Below are positions 13,553-26,789 of a DNA stretch of 64,000 nt, piece after piece (the stretch's first letter is position 1; every line of letters starts with the position of its first letter). Made by a program: the position numbers and the translations under genes. The notes under the pieces are model-generated. The model was not told the DNA's origin. It was given only the letters and a program-made list of their open reading frames with translations, and searched no databases. The DNA lies in NCBI RefSeq assembly GCF_902459465.1, contig NC_047072.1:3410001-3474000 (forward strand), read 5' to 3'. Origin of the DNA: Asterias rubens. Its lineage: Eukaryota.

Positions 13553-15375
13553 CTATTTCAAAACTGTCTTTCTTTTTAAAGACCTGCTTGAACGAAAATG
13601 TCAAGTCGTGAACTTTGCTGAATTCCATTTAAAATGTTTTCAATGAATTAGGAAATCGAGTCATATGATTATAAATAGGTTTGATTGTGTAAAAAAACAA
13701 TCATTTTGAATACCCTTATCCAGTGCTTTTCTGAGAGATTTTCGAAAAGCCCCGTTACGTAATCACTCTTAAAACGTCATAGTTGGGAGCTCCAATTTGT
13801 AAAGCCGCTTTGTTGCAGCGTGGAGGTATAACAAAGCAAACTCCCACAAATGACGTCAGCGGCATTGTCCTTTGGCGCGCGCTCTCAACGGCAGAAGTGT
13901 TTTTAGTTATTCAAAACCTTTAGGTTGGGGTCTGATTTTTTAATCGATAATTACGAAAAACTCAGAAGTGTAAACATATCAATTACATTAAAATGGTCAA
14001 CAAGTGCATTATAAACAAGTCTAAATACCATTTCCGTTAAAAACCTTCCGCTCAGGTAGCTGTTTAAACGTTTACGTACCAACGTAACAGATATCCAACA
14101 CTACATGATCAGCATTCCTGCATTGAAGCACCAGCCACTGCCATTCGTCCTTCTCACTTGGTGGAACTTGCTACAGCCCAAACTAATTCAGGATGAGCAC
14201 TAGTTGAATTCTGAACGTCAAGCTATGGAGATCATTATGTGCTGGATGTAGAACAATCATGAACTATAAGCCACATTGTTTAGTACACGCTTGTACTGTT
14301 AGGAAATGCAAGAAGAATAGCAAAAACCAGCTCCCTTGAACTACCAATATGACTATCTGGATGGACCGAGTAGATGAACAATACTTGTTTCGTTGGAGAG
14401 TTGAAAATGAACAATTGACTGAAAGGGGATGTTTGAAAAGTGGACAGTTTGTTTGTCATGTTGTATTCCTTTTTGCGTCATTTTGTAACTAAATTACAGT
14501 TTGTCTAAGTGACAAGACACAGCGTGTTGCTCTTGAAATTCGCAGTTGTTCTATAAAAAAACCCAGAATAAACAAGCAATATTAAAAACCTGCTTATTGC
14601 GCAAAGCATTTTGGCCAATTTGTCAACATGAGGTCGATATTGGCTGGTGACCAGCACATTTTTATTGTCATTTGTGGTGAATGAATGTATGATTGGTGTT
14701 GTTTTGGCCAATAAAATTCATTTGAATATCATTAAAGGGACACACCGGCCGAATTGGGCTATTTGGGCTACAAAATAGACTAAGATATGACTTCAACGGT
14801 CTTGCAGGAATGAAGAAGAACAGTCCTTAAAATAAAATCATCAAATTTAGCCGTTTTGAGCATTTTTCAAAAAAGTACGGTCACGTGATTTTTCCGAACC
14901 GATTTTTTGGTTCGGATAAATCACGTGATCTTTGGAGGTGGTCTTACTTCCAGCCGTATAAAAGTTAATTACTGCATCAAATTCAACTGTGATTTTAAAA
15001 AAATTGTTCATGAGTATTTGACAAAAGAGAGCATGTATTCATATTATGGATACAAATTATACATAATTATGAAAAATCGTGCTTAAAAACTTAATCCATA
15101 GAGTCCGGTCAATGGAAGCGTGATCCGGCGTGCAAGAGCGTCGGGGCTCACGAGACTCATAGTACACCGACGCATTATTCCACGGTCAGTGCCGTGGCTC
15201 GCGAGGCTGGAAGACTTTTTAGACGGCCTAGCTTACGAGCATGCATGATAGAAGGGAACCTGACTATCGATTACGTTTCATTATCATTAGTTTTAGTCTG
15301 TACACCTAGCTGTTTGTTCCACGTTACGTAGCTCGGCAGTCTCGGTGAACGACACGGTCTTGCTTGAATACCACG

Positions 15376-18300
15376 ATGTCAACTACTCCCCCAAAACAAC
15401 AAAACCCCGTCGGTGGCCTAGGCCGTCCTAAAAAGTCTTCTACTGAAAAACGCTCAACATCCATCGCAAAGGCTGCTAGAAGAAGGGTCACTTCTTCTCG
15501 ACGACAACGGGATGCTCGCTTGACATAAGTCATTGGTCAAGCCAACGTAAAACGATGGACGATGATGAGGGATAGACTCACCGGTGACCGTGATGACACC
15601 ATGAATGATGCATTCTTTGCCAGAATTTTAATGGACAGGTTTGTCTCATATAATTTTGGATAGGCCTAGGTTTATTTCAATCAACGAGGTAGTCAATAAA
15701 CATAGTAAAGACGTCAATATACTCTTTGTACAAGTCCGATGTTCACGACGACTAGCTGGCGCTGTGTTAGTGTTAGACTAACGTTCATGTAATTATTTAT
15801 AGATGTCGATCTTTCCAATAATTAATTAATTCTCGCCTTTTCTAATCTACATTTAAACACAGCCTAAAACAGGTCTCCCATGGCCCAAACATGCTAACCG
15901 TCAAAGTAATTGTTTACAACATACTTGCAAAATGAAAATTTTCTTGTTCAGTGTGTGCTAATAATATGACAATTTTACAAATTGGAAATGACAGTCGCTG
16001 GCTGTTGCTGTTGACACTCCATCATGTCTACGCACGTTTTCAAACATAAGTGTTGACATAGGCCTAAAAAAATATCGACCTTCAATTTTATATTCAGTTT
16101 GATTGTTAAAAAAAAAAACATTGAAAACAAACATAACGACACATGAATGTGAAGAAATTAATGTTATAAATGCTGTTTTTCTTGCCAAAACCAGGTATGA
16201 ACAATAGCAACAATTGTCATTTTGGGATTATGTCTATATAGGTATGAGACGACATCACTGCCTACTACAGGCCGACATGCATCCACTCCAGCAACTCTAG
16301 GCCATCATCAGCGCTTTCCCTCCATTTCTAGTGTCCACAGCAACAGAAGGTAACAAATGTTAGTCCATGATCAGAGACAGTTGTCTAGTCTTCATATTCA
16401 CAAGCCCATCCTTTCAATTGAAACGAGTCAGTTTTAAAACTTTGAACATTCAAAAAATAAGGTCAGCCCAAACAAACGGCAAGGATCTTTTTTAATATTT
16501 TGCATTTCATATTGTAAAATAGAATGTGTTTGTGCTTGATGTTTGATTACAATGGTGCTGTTGTTTTTTTCAGTCTCTCGTCTCCGAGTCAACTATCAGG
16601 CATTCAAGAGATTCCTCAGTCATCTCCAAAGCATCCAGTTGATGCACTCCAGACAGCTCATTCTAAAGTTATCACATCACATGAGCAAGGCTGTTATGAG
16701 TAAGTTCACCTTATTGAAATACAAGTTGGTTAGTCAGGAAAGGTGAGGGCAGGCTGTGCAATAATAAATAGTTATTTTGTTCTTGGATAATGATGCACCT
16801 GTTTCAGTTATATTTACTTATCATACTTCCTTTAAAATAAAAATTCTCAGGTTGATTTGTTTTTGGCTATTTCTTCAGTGAGTATCGCCAGAGCCTACTT
16901 GGTCCTTACGTAAGTCCAATTTGTACACTCTCTGCACCGATTAATTGCATCACACTATCTGTTCTGTTTATTACAGCATAAGTGTTAACTACTTGCAGAA
17001 AGGCAGCTATGTGTGTCCTATTGAGGAAATAACCGAACAAGAAGAAGGCGACGACAGTGTAGATGAAACATATGAGCCACTATCAACATTGACAATGAGG
17101 TAGGACATCAATGTCCTTAACATGGTACATGTACATGTATTTTCACACCTACCAATGGTCTTACTAAGACAGGTTTGTGAACACTGAAATGTGGCTGTGA
17201 TTGTCTCCCTACAGATTGCCTTGCTTTGTGCATGGAGCCTTGTGTAGCACTTGGCCATACTTGGTACTACAATTTATATCATGCCAACCATGTATTTTTC
17301 TAATAATTTCAGCTTCGATGATTTTGAGGGACAAATGCAAGATTTACCAGAGGTTTCTGTTGCTGACATTGTTTTTGACATGGAGAGTGACTGTGATGAG
17401 CATGAGGACGGTGGAATTAGTCTTGAGCAAGAACAACGGGTATCTTCAAGTACTGAAGAGTTGGCCATTGTGTACCATGACAACTTGCTGGCTTTGTGTA
17501 ATATGATAAAACCAAAATGCAGGATGAAAGGCTGTGGAGAAGTTGCTGTCCCTCAACTGAAGAAACATGGTTCTTCAGCCTCCATTTATTGGGCGAGTTA
17601 GAGGTTCGCAAGGCCTAAATTCCTTACACATATACATGTTTAGGGGGCACTATTTAAAAAAATAAAATAAATAAAAATTATTGAACAAGTCGCCTAACAC
17701 AAGGCCAGATTGCCATTAGATTCAAGATGTCAAACAATTTATACATAATGACAATATACATGTATTCATTATCATTTGGCTGTTATTGCACCAGCTTCGG
17801 GGTGTGTGGGTTTAAAACAAATGTAATGTAGTGTATTTAATTTTGTGACCCAACAAATGTTCTGCAGATTATGGGCCTTATGGGGTACACATAAGGAAGT
17901 TTTGTCCTTTTGTACCACATAACATAATTTAATAGAAAAAAAATTATCATAGGAAGATCAATGCTGTAAGTGTAACCCATGTCCATGTGAGGGATCGGGT
18001 TGTTGATGGGTCCAATGCTACATACATTCCTAATGTAACACAGATAAACTATACTGTTGATTTGATCGATATCCTTACAGAATTGCACAAAGACTCATGA
18101 ATGCAAGAGTTGGAGAACACAACCACAGTTGAATGGTGTCAACATGGGGGACATTGCCATGGATGCTGCCATTCTTTTTTCTGGGAGCCAGCATGCTAAA
18201 GTTCACATGATGTGTACTTTCATGAATCTAGGATGCCCAGGTTCTACACAGTTCTTCCAGGTCCAGCGGCTTTACGTTGTACCAGCAGTTGATGAGTTGT

Positions 18301-21300
18301 GGACCAGCATAGAACAAAAGACCATTGAAAGCAGACAAGACAAGGATTTAGTCATTTGTGGTAAGTCTGCATTTTAAAACATTAAATGCCCAACAGCCGT
18401 TGAGGTGTTTTTCTTTTAATCCAATTCCTCCAAAAGTGAGCTTTAATAAAAAGAGCTTTTTTATTTAGTGCGACCTGCCAAAATGAACCAGTACAAAATG
18501 AAACACATGCCTAATTACTGTAATGTGATGTTACTTACCGTACCAAAACCTATTAATAAGGCCTTATGTAGTTCTAAACACCGGGCCTTTCACACCCTGA
18601 TGTTGGAGGGATATCAAAGATGATCCCTTGAGCACAGAGAGTTCCATGTCAATAGAAGGATTAAATCCAAGTTATTTTTCTCCTACTGTTGTATTTCAGG
18701 TGACACGCGTAATGATAGTCCAGGTTTCAGTGCCAAGTATTGCACATATACAATGCTAGATGAGGCAGATGACAGCATCCTCAGAATGGGCTTCAAGGAC
18801 AAGCGAGAGTGCGGTGGGAAATCTCCAAACATGGAGACCGACGCGTTTGTTGAAGCCCTTGATGATCTTCAGCGCAAGTTGAAAGTTGTTGAAGTTTGCA
18901 CTGATTCAAGTTCATCCATAACCAAGAAAATGAGTAAGTAGTTTAATTACAATGTCTGTTTTTTCACAAGCAACACATAAACAATCTGGAAGGTATGTCC
19001 AAAATCAGTATGTTGCTAAATGCATTTTTTTTTAAATGACTTTTTAATTATTGATTTGGATGTTACTCGTGTGGACTGTTCCAATATGGTAATGATTAAG
19101 GTGTACTTTTTCAAATTAATTTATAGGAGAGAAATACAATGGTCTGAAACACTCCTATGATGTGTGGCATGCCGCCAAAAATCTGTCAAAGAAACTAACC
19201 AAAGTAAGTGTTAATTTATTTTTTGAAAATTAAGTAAACTTTTACAGTTTTGTTTAAACGTTCTATTTATCTTCAAGTACTGTTATTGCTAAGAATGTTT
19301 ATTAAGTTCTTAAACAGTTTAAATGTTCAATTTAAATGTTCAATTTGCTCAGTAAAATTAATCTTGAAACAGTGGATGTGAGTTTTGTTTTCTCCGTTTT
19401 CTAATTGGTTAGGAACTACGCCAATGTTGTTGACCTGAGGTTTTCACCCATTTGAAAGCTATCAGTGTGTGTGCATATTATCCAGCAAAAAGAGTCTATG
19501 TGGGATTGGAATGGAAGTTACTGAAAAAGGACCAATCGATTAGATTTTGGGGAAAATCCTAGTTTAGAAAGGCATACTTTAGAGCAAACTCTATTTCATT
19601 CTCGGTATTGGATAATTTGTATAACCCCTCTAACCTCTCAATTTACAGGCTGCGCAGAAAGCAGGCAATCGTGAGCTTTTGCGATGGACTTCAGACATCG
19701 TAACCCACTTTTGGCGATGTGCTGAGCTGTCGCATGGCAATGCCAAGACTTTTCTGGTAAGTGTTTACAAATTCAGTTAAATTTTTTTCATCGGTTGATG
19801 GTGTTTGCTTCGATCATTTTGGTTGTTACGACATGAAAAAGAACCCTACCTGCATGCAGCCATCTTGTTTTTTTTTTTACATTCAAAACAATGTAGCGAA
19901 ACTGAGGCTCGAAAGAGAGAATAGTCACCAACCTTTTCAAGAAAACATTAGCATAATAGCAGGTTTAGTCATGAATGTGCTACCATTTTGTTAAAAATCA
20001 TGCATTCACCAGATACACCTTCTGAGAACTTATCACCAAAACGATTAAAATATTTGTTAAAAAACACACAAGAACACAACTTTTGAATGTCTTGCTCTGG
20101 CTTGGATGAGTAATCTGGGTGATTAATTCATAGTTTATTGTCTTGTAGATGCGGTGGAGAGGCATTCTTCATCATGTGACGGGTGTCCACCAGTGGGTGT
20201 CTACACTTGGGGAAGGCTATGGCCCTGTCACATGTGAACATGGCAGTCTAAGATCCTGAAAGCTGATAGTCCACCACATAAGGCACTGCAGGAAATAGTC
20301 CTCAACCAAACCTTCCTCAAGAAGATTCCCTACTATGTAAATTTTCGGTGAGTAATATTTGTTGTCACACTTCATCCACAAAGTAATTTACTTTTTAAGA
20401 CAAGTCAAAAAAGCTAACGCTTCCAATGTAATTTAAGATTGTTCTTTGTTGGTTTGTTCTTTTTTTCTGATGTCTTACACACCACAAGCATCTGGCACAC
20501 TCTGTCGTTTGATCACAATGTCTTTGTTCATGCCCATGAAAATATTACATGTGAACATAAATGTTAACAGCAGTGTTAAGGAGAAGTTTTGGAAAATTCC
20601 AAAGAATTGATGCTCTGTGTAATTATGAGGACTCACAAATGTATTTGTTGGATTGTCACAGCAAACTGGCAAGCTTGAATCCTTCCACAATAATATTCTG
20701 ATGTACTGTTCTAAGCGGTTTGCCTACAGGTATGTAAAAGTGTTCAATGGTTTACTTCCAAGGGGGCTGGGGTGCGAGTGAAAGAGGGATTCAAGTTAAA
20801 AAACGTTTATAACTTTGGCCCCTAACAACCCCTTTGTAAACTGCACTGTAAATAACATTTATTTATTTACTTTGCAGTGGTCCAGTGTACAAGGCACGAA
20901 ATCAGTTGGCAGCAATTGATTACACAAAGCATCTTCACAGGAAACAGCGGAAAAATGCTCAGGGAAAGCTCCAGTAAGTGTTGTTTGTGATTGTTTCTCT
21001 TTTTTATTAAATCAAATACATACATTCTGCTATAACAAAAAGTGCAACTATAAGATCCTTGAGTATTATTTTCATAACTTATCAAACTGTAACAATGGTT
21101 AAATTTCAGGTACCACCGAGTCTACTCCAAGCACAGCAAGACTTGGGTAGTGAAGCCTGTTCTGGAAACCAAAAAGTACATGTACATCAAAAACCTGATG
21201 ACAAGAGTATTCCAAGGCAGACTCAATGACAGCGAGCCACTAAGCCGGAAATCTGTTATCCCAGAGGGCGATGCTAGACTGATTTCTACTACAATTGCTC

Positions 21301-21365
21301 CCATGCCTCCACCCCCAACAGAACAATTGGTCAAACAGCGTCAGACAAGATTTCCCAAAAAGTGA
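15376..21365 (+). pseudogene. Kolobok DDE transposase, 14 exons, disabled
   Basis: Exons 15376-15638, 16242-16349, 16574-16699, 16879-16909, 16999-17099, 17313-17592, 18081-18360, 18700-18933, 19127-19203, 19649-19756, 20149-20347, 20662-20729, 20878-20973, 21110-21365. Motifs GDTRNDSPGFSAKYCTYT, VCTDSS, YDVWH, KLESFHNNILMYCSKR. In-frame TAA at 15526-15528, frameshift in exon 11, phase mismatch at exon 12. Confidence 0.85.
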
Positions 21366-21661
21366 ATAACAACATGAGTTGCTGTGCCAGAAAGATTTAT
21401 ATTCATATTTGGGGAACAATACTACACCCAACAAAGCAATTCAAGTTATTTAAAGGGGGGGGGGGGTTCATCCTCATAGATGGGTTTTTGTTTGGTCGGG
21501 GGGGGGGGGTGTTCAAGTCTGCATTTGTTTTTAATAGGGGATCAGGATCAATCTTGGTCACTATCTGGTACTGCTATCTTCTGGTTGAATTGGTTACATA
21601 TAGTTTGATATTATACAAATATTGAGTGGCTCATAGTGGAATGGGAGGAATATTACTACAA

Positions 21662-21728
21662 GGTAAAATTTGGACTGTTCCATTTCATGAGGCAAAGCCG
21701 AGTGAAATGGAACAGTCCAAATTTTACC
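21662..21728. repeat. Short hairpin between the convergent 3' ends of the two Kolobok genes
   Basis: GGTAAAATTTGGACTGTTCCATTTCA-loop-TGAAATGGAACAGTCCAAATTTTACC, perfect 26-bp stem. Confidence 0.85.
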
Positions 21729-21843
21729 GAGTCCCAACTTCATGAAATGACCTATATGCTACATCAAATAAAATACGGTGAATATAATCACATGTAAAAA
21801 TGTGAATAAATGACAGACAAGCACACCCAAGGGTTATAGGGGC

Positions 21844-23427
21844 TTAGTTATACCTGTTAGGAATGAATCCGGTATATTGTCCAAATCTATCCGGAAAAGT
21901 ATCTCTAATTTTCCAAACACAACAGCTTGGTATGGTAACTCTGTTACCTGCTCCTAGTCGGCCATGTTGCCAAAGCACAAATTGTCTGTATGCAGAGTGT
22001 CTCATTCTTCTGTTGTACTCATCATTTTCAACCGGTGGGTTGTCGTTCTGCCCTAGCATATCATTTCGGTGCAATCTTGCAAGTTCCAACACATGATGGT
22101 CCAATACCAGATGCTGCATAATCTATTTTAAAAAAAGGATAATATTTTTTAATAAAATGATTAAAATATTAATCAAAACTTAAAAATATAAAGTCACTGT
22201 CTCACTTTTATATTTCCTTGCGTCCTGGCCCCATTCAATCCTTCGATTAACTTTTTTTAAAGCTAGTTCATTTTTTATTGTTTACTTCAGTGAACCACTT
22301 TTACAGCTACATGTACACACTACATTAGATGGCAGGGATTTATACTTCAACATTTATTGTAAACCAAAATATTTGGGAAGTTTATGTTACAACTGCACTT
22401 ACAGCTAGAGTTGAAATGCATCTTTGAGGGACCTGTCTGCAGCATAGACGCTCAGCATCAGTGGGCATCTCTCGGCAGTGTCCACAGACACACCAGCCTG
22501 GATCAGTTGTGGATGCATGAGGATGGGTTGCTGGTGGTGGCCCTGATGACTGCTGTTCAATTAAATTCAGAACAACACCAGGCATTCTCTCCGCAACATC
22601 ACTGAGTAGTTTCTTTCTACCATCCTCATCCATGTTCTCAACCAGATCCTGAAATTTTCGTATAAAAAGGAGTGCACATAGGCTTATCTTCATTTGTACT
22701 TGGGTGTAGAATGACACTTGGGTTCAGGCTTGAAATTATTCAAACTCAAAATGATAAGAGACCTACCTTAATCTCCTGCACTTTCTCATCCCTGGTTTTT
22801 GATAAAGCGCTTGACCCGACCTTCAGTCCTCGCCTGCTCTTTTTTAATACAGGACTGTAAATAATGAAAGTAATTGTTTTGTCAATAATTATCCATTTAA
22901 ATAAAATAATATACAAGTGCAAAAATGTGAACAAGTCATATTATGCACATGATATAACAAGTCTTTGTAAAATGTAAGAGTAGACAATATGAACAAGGGT
23001 AGGATAGATGATATATTTTCATTCAAATTATTTTCTAATAAATTTTCATCCCCTCAACATGCACAACCCTCAACCATTCTTATTTTCAGTCATGTAATAA
23101 AACACAGCATTTCTGCAGACTCTCCATACTCGTTTGTAAAATATAGTCTTAACCCAAATTCCTCAAACTCCTTCTTTTTGTCCTACCTAAATGAACCAAT
23201 ACATTTTGTACAAAATTTGGTTTCATTATTCTCAACTTGAGTACTTACCCATCGTCAGCAGTGGTTTGCCCAACGGTGCGACGTTGTCTGTTAGTGTTGG
23301 TGGTTTCTTTGCTCCTAACGGGTTTATCGTGTTTTTTAGACTTCTTACTTGATGATTTGTCAGCTTTGGAAGCTTTGGCTTTATGTTTTTTACCACGATC
23401 TTTGGATTTCGAAGGAACGTTTTCCAT
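21844..23427 (-). CDS. KolX-like protein with P2X7 C-terminal (ballast)-like Zn-binding domain, 4 exons, 263 aa
   Basis: Exons 23427-23249, 22854-22767, 22648-22403, 22122-21844 join in frame with GT-AG sites; motifs [17 protein letters not shown]...C and [34 protein letters not shown]...GQYTGF. Confidence 0.85.
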
Positions 23428-23938
23428 TGTTTATGAAGAAAATACATTTACAGCTGTGTGTGTGCGTGTGACCGTGTTTATGTTTACACACGTGCTGGAG
23501 ATATGCAGACTGGATCCTCGTGTCTTGACATAGTGATAATATTGACAATCAAAGCACCAGTCTACTTGCAACGTCGCGCGATATTGCAGCGTAAATTTCA
23601 CACTCGAAACGGCTGGTACAGCGTATACACTGACCCTTGACCTCTTTTGTTTTTTTTGGCTATTTTTCATTAATTAAGGGCCACTTTGATTTTTTTTTTT
23701 ACAACAACCATCTTAACATTGATTGTCTTTCTTTATATATCATTATTTAGCGTAAACAGTAAGCCGGTGTGTACCTTTAATACTTGTTTTAATTAACTGA
23801 CACACGCACGTGCCTTTCCAATGCCATTCTGCTGCGCGTGCCAATTAAGCATAATAAATACGCGCAAGTCCGACTTTAGGACGCTCAATCGTGACTGCGA
23901 TGGGTCAAGAACCTAAATGCCGGTTGCATATTTTTGTT

Positions 23939-24178
23939 ACACCGCAGCGAGGGGTTTTGTACTGTAATACTGCCAATTTTTGTCTTGAGATGAGACTACA
24001 AACATTTATGCCTATGAAGGGTTAGGTTTAGGGTTAGGGTTAGCCCTACTCGGAATCTTCCTCTGTGCTGTACACAGATACATGGTTAGGGTTTGGGTTA
24101 GGGTTTAGAGTTAGACGTAGTCTCCTATCTCAAGACGGAATTGACAGTGTTACAGTACAAAACCCCTCGCTGCGATGT
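23939..24178. mobile_element. MITE with internal degenerate (TTAGGG)-like tracts
   Basis: Inverted ends CGCAGCGAGGGGTTTTGTACTGTAA / TTACAGTACAAAACCCCTCGCTGCG. Confidence 0.6.
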
Positions 24179-24411
24179 AAAAAAAAATACGCAGCCCGGT
24201 TCATACTTCCTGCGAATGCCAAGCGAATATTGACGTCACAAATTCGCAACGAATATATCGCAGCAGTTGAGCGGTCAACTCTTGCGAATTATTCGCAGCG
24301 AAAACAGAGTTGTGACGTTAATATTCAATCGCCTTCGCATTCGCAGGAAGTTTGAACCGGACTTAACTGTTGAATAGAAAATGTCAACTGACATACAGAT
24401 CCATGTAATAC

Positions 24412-24622
24412 TAGACCCTTCCACTGATATGCTAAATACGTATAGACACCACTGGTTGGCAAACGCGATAGAGTTGTGCACAAAAAAGACGCACTGTGCG
24501 CGTGTGCGTCACGTCGCCATTACCCCCATACAAATAGATGCGATGTTCCCTCATTTTTGCCAACCAAACACATAATGCGCACGCGCGAAGGTCAATTTAA
24601 ATATTTTAGTGGAAGGGTCTAT
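24412..24622. mobile_element. Small MITE
   Basis: TAGACCCTTCCACT ... AGTGGAAGGGTCTA inverted ends. Confidence 0.5.
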
Positions 24623-24992
24623 TCGATTGGTGGAACTTACATCATGTGAAATTCATTATTACTCCCATCACCCTCACCGGCGATCAAAAAGTCCCAACAA
24701 ATGCACTCGGAAGCAGCCATGCGTTTCCTTGCACACTGAGCGTGCGCTTGGTTGATTTGTTTACATTTATCCCAATTACGAGTCAAGTGACTCCCGTCGC
24801 CGATTGTGTTAATTATTTTAATATTCAAATGCACATTTTGTTTTCTTTTTACTTCCTATACCATTACATTTAGTCAAGTCTTTGGCTGTATAGGACCTGA
24901 GATGTGGGTTGGATAAACAAAATCTACAAGATACAGATATATCAGCGTGCAGATAAAAGGACTGGGCAATGGATCTAGTATTTTTTCATTCT

Positions 24993-26706
24993 TTACGCTA
25001 GCCAGTTGTTGAGTTCGCTGTGAATGTGGTTGCGTAAATTGAGGTATAACTCAAGGGCAGACTCGGGTGTTTCGGGATACACGGTTTCATTCTCTGTCAT
25101 AAACTGCAGGCAAATATTGAAAACATCCTGATCACAGGGAAAATCCCTTGAAACACAGTGCTGTAAACACGCATGTATCTGTCTTTGGTTCACTTCAACT
25201 CGGAAACTTGTTCGGCCAGACAGCTCTGGAATTGTATACAGGACTAAAGGCCGACCATTGGGAACGTTTGCATTTCGAGTTCTGGCGATGTGATGGGTGT
25301 TCCAAATGTGGACAACCTCATCAAGACCGTTCTGAAAAAGAAAAAAAACACAATGTTCAGTTCAAAAGTTTTACGCAGACATGTTACGAGAATAGATATT
25401 TAGGTAATTCCGACATGGAGTTCTCATTTCACAAATAATATACACCTTACGACAATTCGTGACAAAAATGGTGGGGGGGCATGAAAGTGATCCAATACAA
25501 CCTCAAACTCAATATAAGTACACGAAAGCGATACGTACATTGTGCATATACATCAAATTTAAAATGAAGACTATCTTTAATATTAAACCCCCCAAAATGG
25601 GCATTTGTAAGGGTTTAACAAGTTTCATTTAAGCTCGTTTAACAAACAATCTGCTACTGGCTTGCGGCAACTGCCTTATTTCAAAAGGATCCCCACGATA
25701 CATAATAGTGATCTATTGTGTGAAATATACAGATTTAACAAGAAATGTTGTTCTTGGCCTTAAAAATAGCAAGTTAAAGCGGCCAATACTAATCCTATTC
25801 GTTCAAACGTAAATTGTATTTCTGTGTTTTTACTTTTAGTTCCAAATATGTGCTACGTAACTTAAAGATTTCCAGTTAATTACCTGAATCAACTTCATGA
25901 AGCAGAATTGAAGCAAATTCTTATCGATGAAGTCTCCTGTGAAATACCCTTCGTCTTTGAGAAGACCAAAAAAGTCCATCCAGTACTGTGCAAATTCTCT
26001 TCGTAGAGTGCCCCACCATCGTTCTATTATCTGATCGTGTGGACTCGTTCCGTACAGAAACGCTTTTCTATTACCATTCAGAAAAATCTGCATGTCTCGT
26101 ACAGTGCCATTCTCTGTTCCTAGATCAGCCCGGACAAGTTTTGGGCATCCCATGCGATTCCTTACTGCCTCCATGTAGTAACCTGCTACCACCTGTGGGT
26201 TGTTGTTAGTGGTGTAAGCTTTCAGCCAAATTACAGCCCGGGAAAAAGCCATCAATGCATCCGTGAATACAGAAGCCGTAGTGCTTTAATTTATCATACT
26301 CGTCCATATGCCAAAGGAAATCTGGGCCTCTCGCAAAGTATGCACGCCGTTTTAGTCTCTTTCTGAGCCTACTTTCAACTCCCTCGGGATCTACAATTTT
26401 CAGCAGCAAACGTACAGTTTCCCTGTCCACGGTCAGCCCAGCTTGGACACATTTTGAATGCAGCCATCTGTATCCTTGGTGATTTCCTTGGTTTGTCTGG
26501 GTGTTAACAATGAACATGGCCACATCTAACAAGTCAGATTTGTGTTTTCTCCTGAAAAGTCCAAGCTTGCACAATTCACGCTTCAGGGTCCGCATACTGA
26601 TTATGATTCTATGATTCGCTGCTAAAGAGCACAGGATTTCCCTATAATTTAATCCAAGCTGGAAATAAACTTGTATCAATAAATCCCGTTCCATGTTGTC
26701 AAACAT
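24993..26706 (-). pseudogene. IS3EU-type integrase-core (DDE) transposase, 2 exons, one frameshift
   Basis: Exon 1 ~26706-25884 (RRAYFARGPDFLWHMDEYDKLK..GFCIHGCIDGFSR, VRADLGTEN, IERWW), +1 frameshift in the A5 run 26243-26247; phase-0 intron 25883-25332; exon 2 25331-24993 (LDEVVHIWNTHHI...GRP..LY..PEL...PCD...ALELY..LR). Confidence 0.85.
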
Positions 26707-26789
26707 TGCAAAATGCCGACAACAATTGCACGACTTTACGTCCTTATGAATGACAACCTGCCCCAATATCTGTTTTCAATTACAAGATT

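Larger units (their letters stand above)
14736..23776 (+). mobile_element. Full-length Kolobok DNA transposon (9041 bp) with two convergent genes
   Basis: TTAA|AGGGACACACCGGC ... GCCGGTGTGTACCT|TTAA (13/14 TIR match, TTAA TSD at 14732-14735 and 23777-23780); DDE transposase on +, KolX-like gene on -. Confidence 0.9.

Noticed and set aside
13580-14063. Possible TTAA-flanked MITE
   Set aside because: The inverted ends match too weakly to call with confidence
24018-24110. TTAGGG-like repeats as an interstitial telomere
   Set aside because: Only a few degenerate units, enclosed within a MITE's inverted ends
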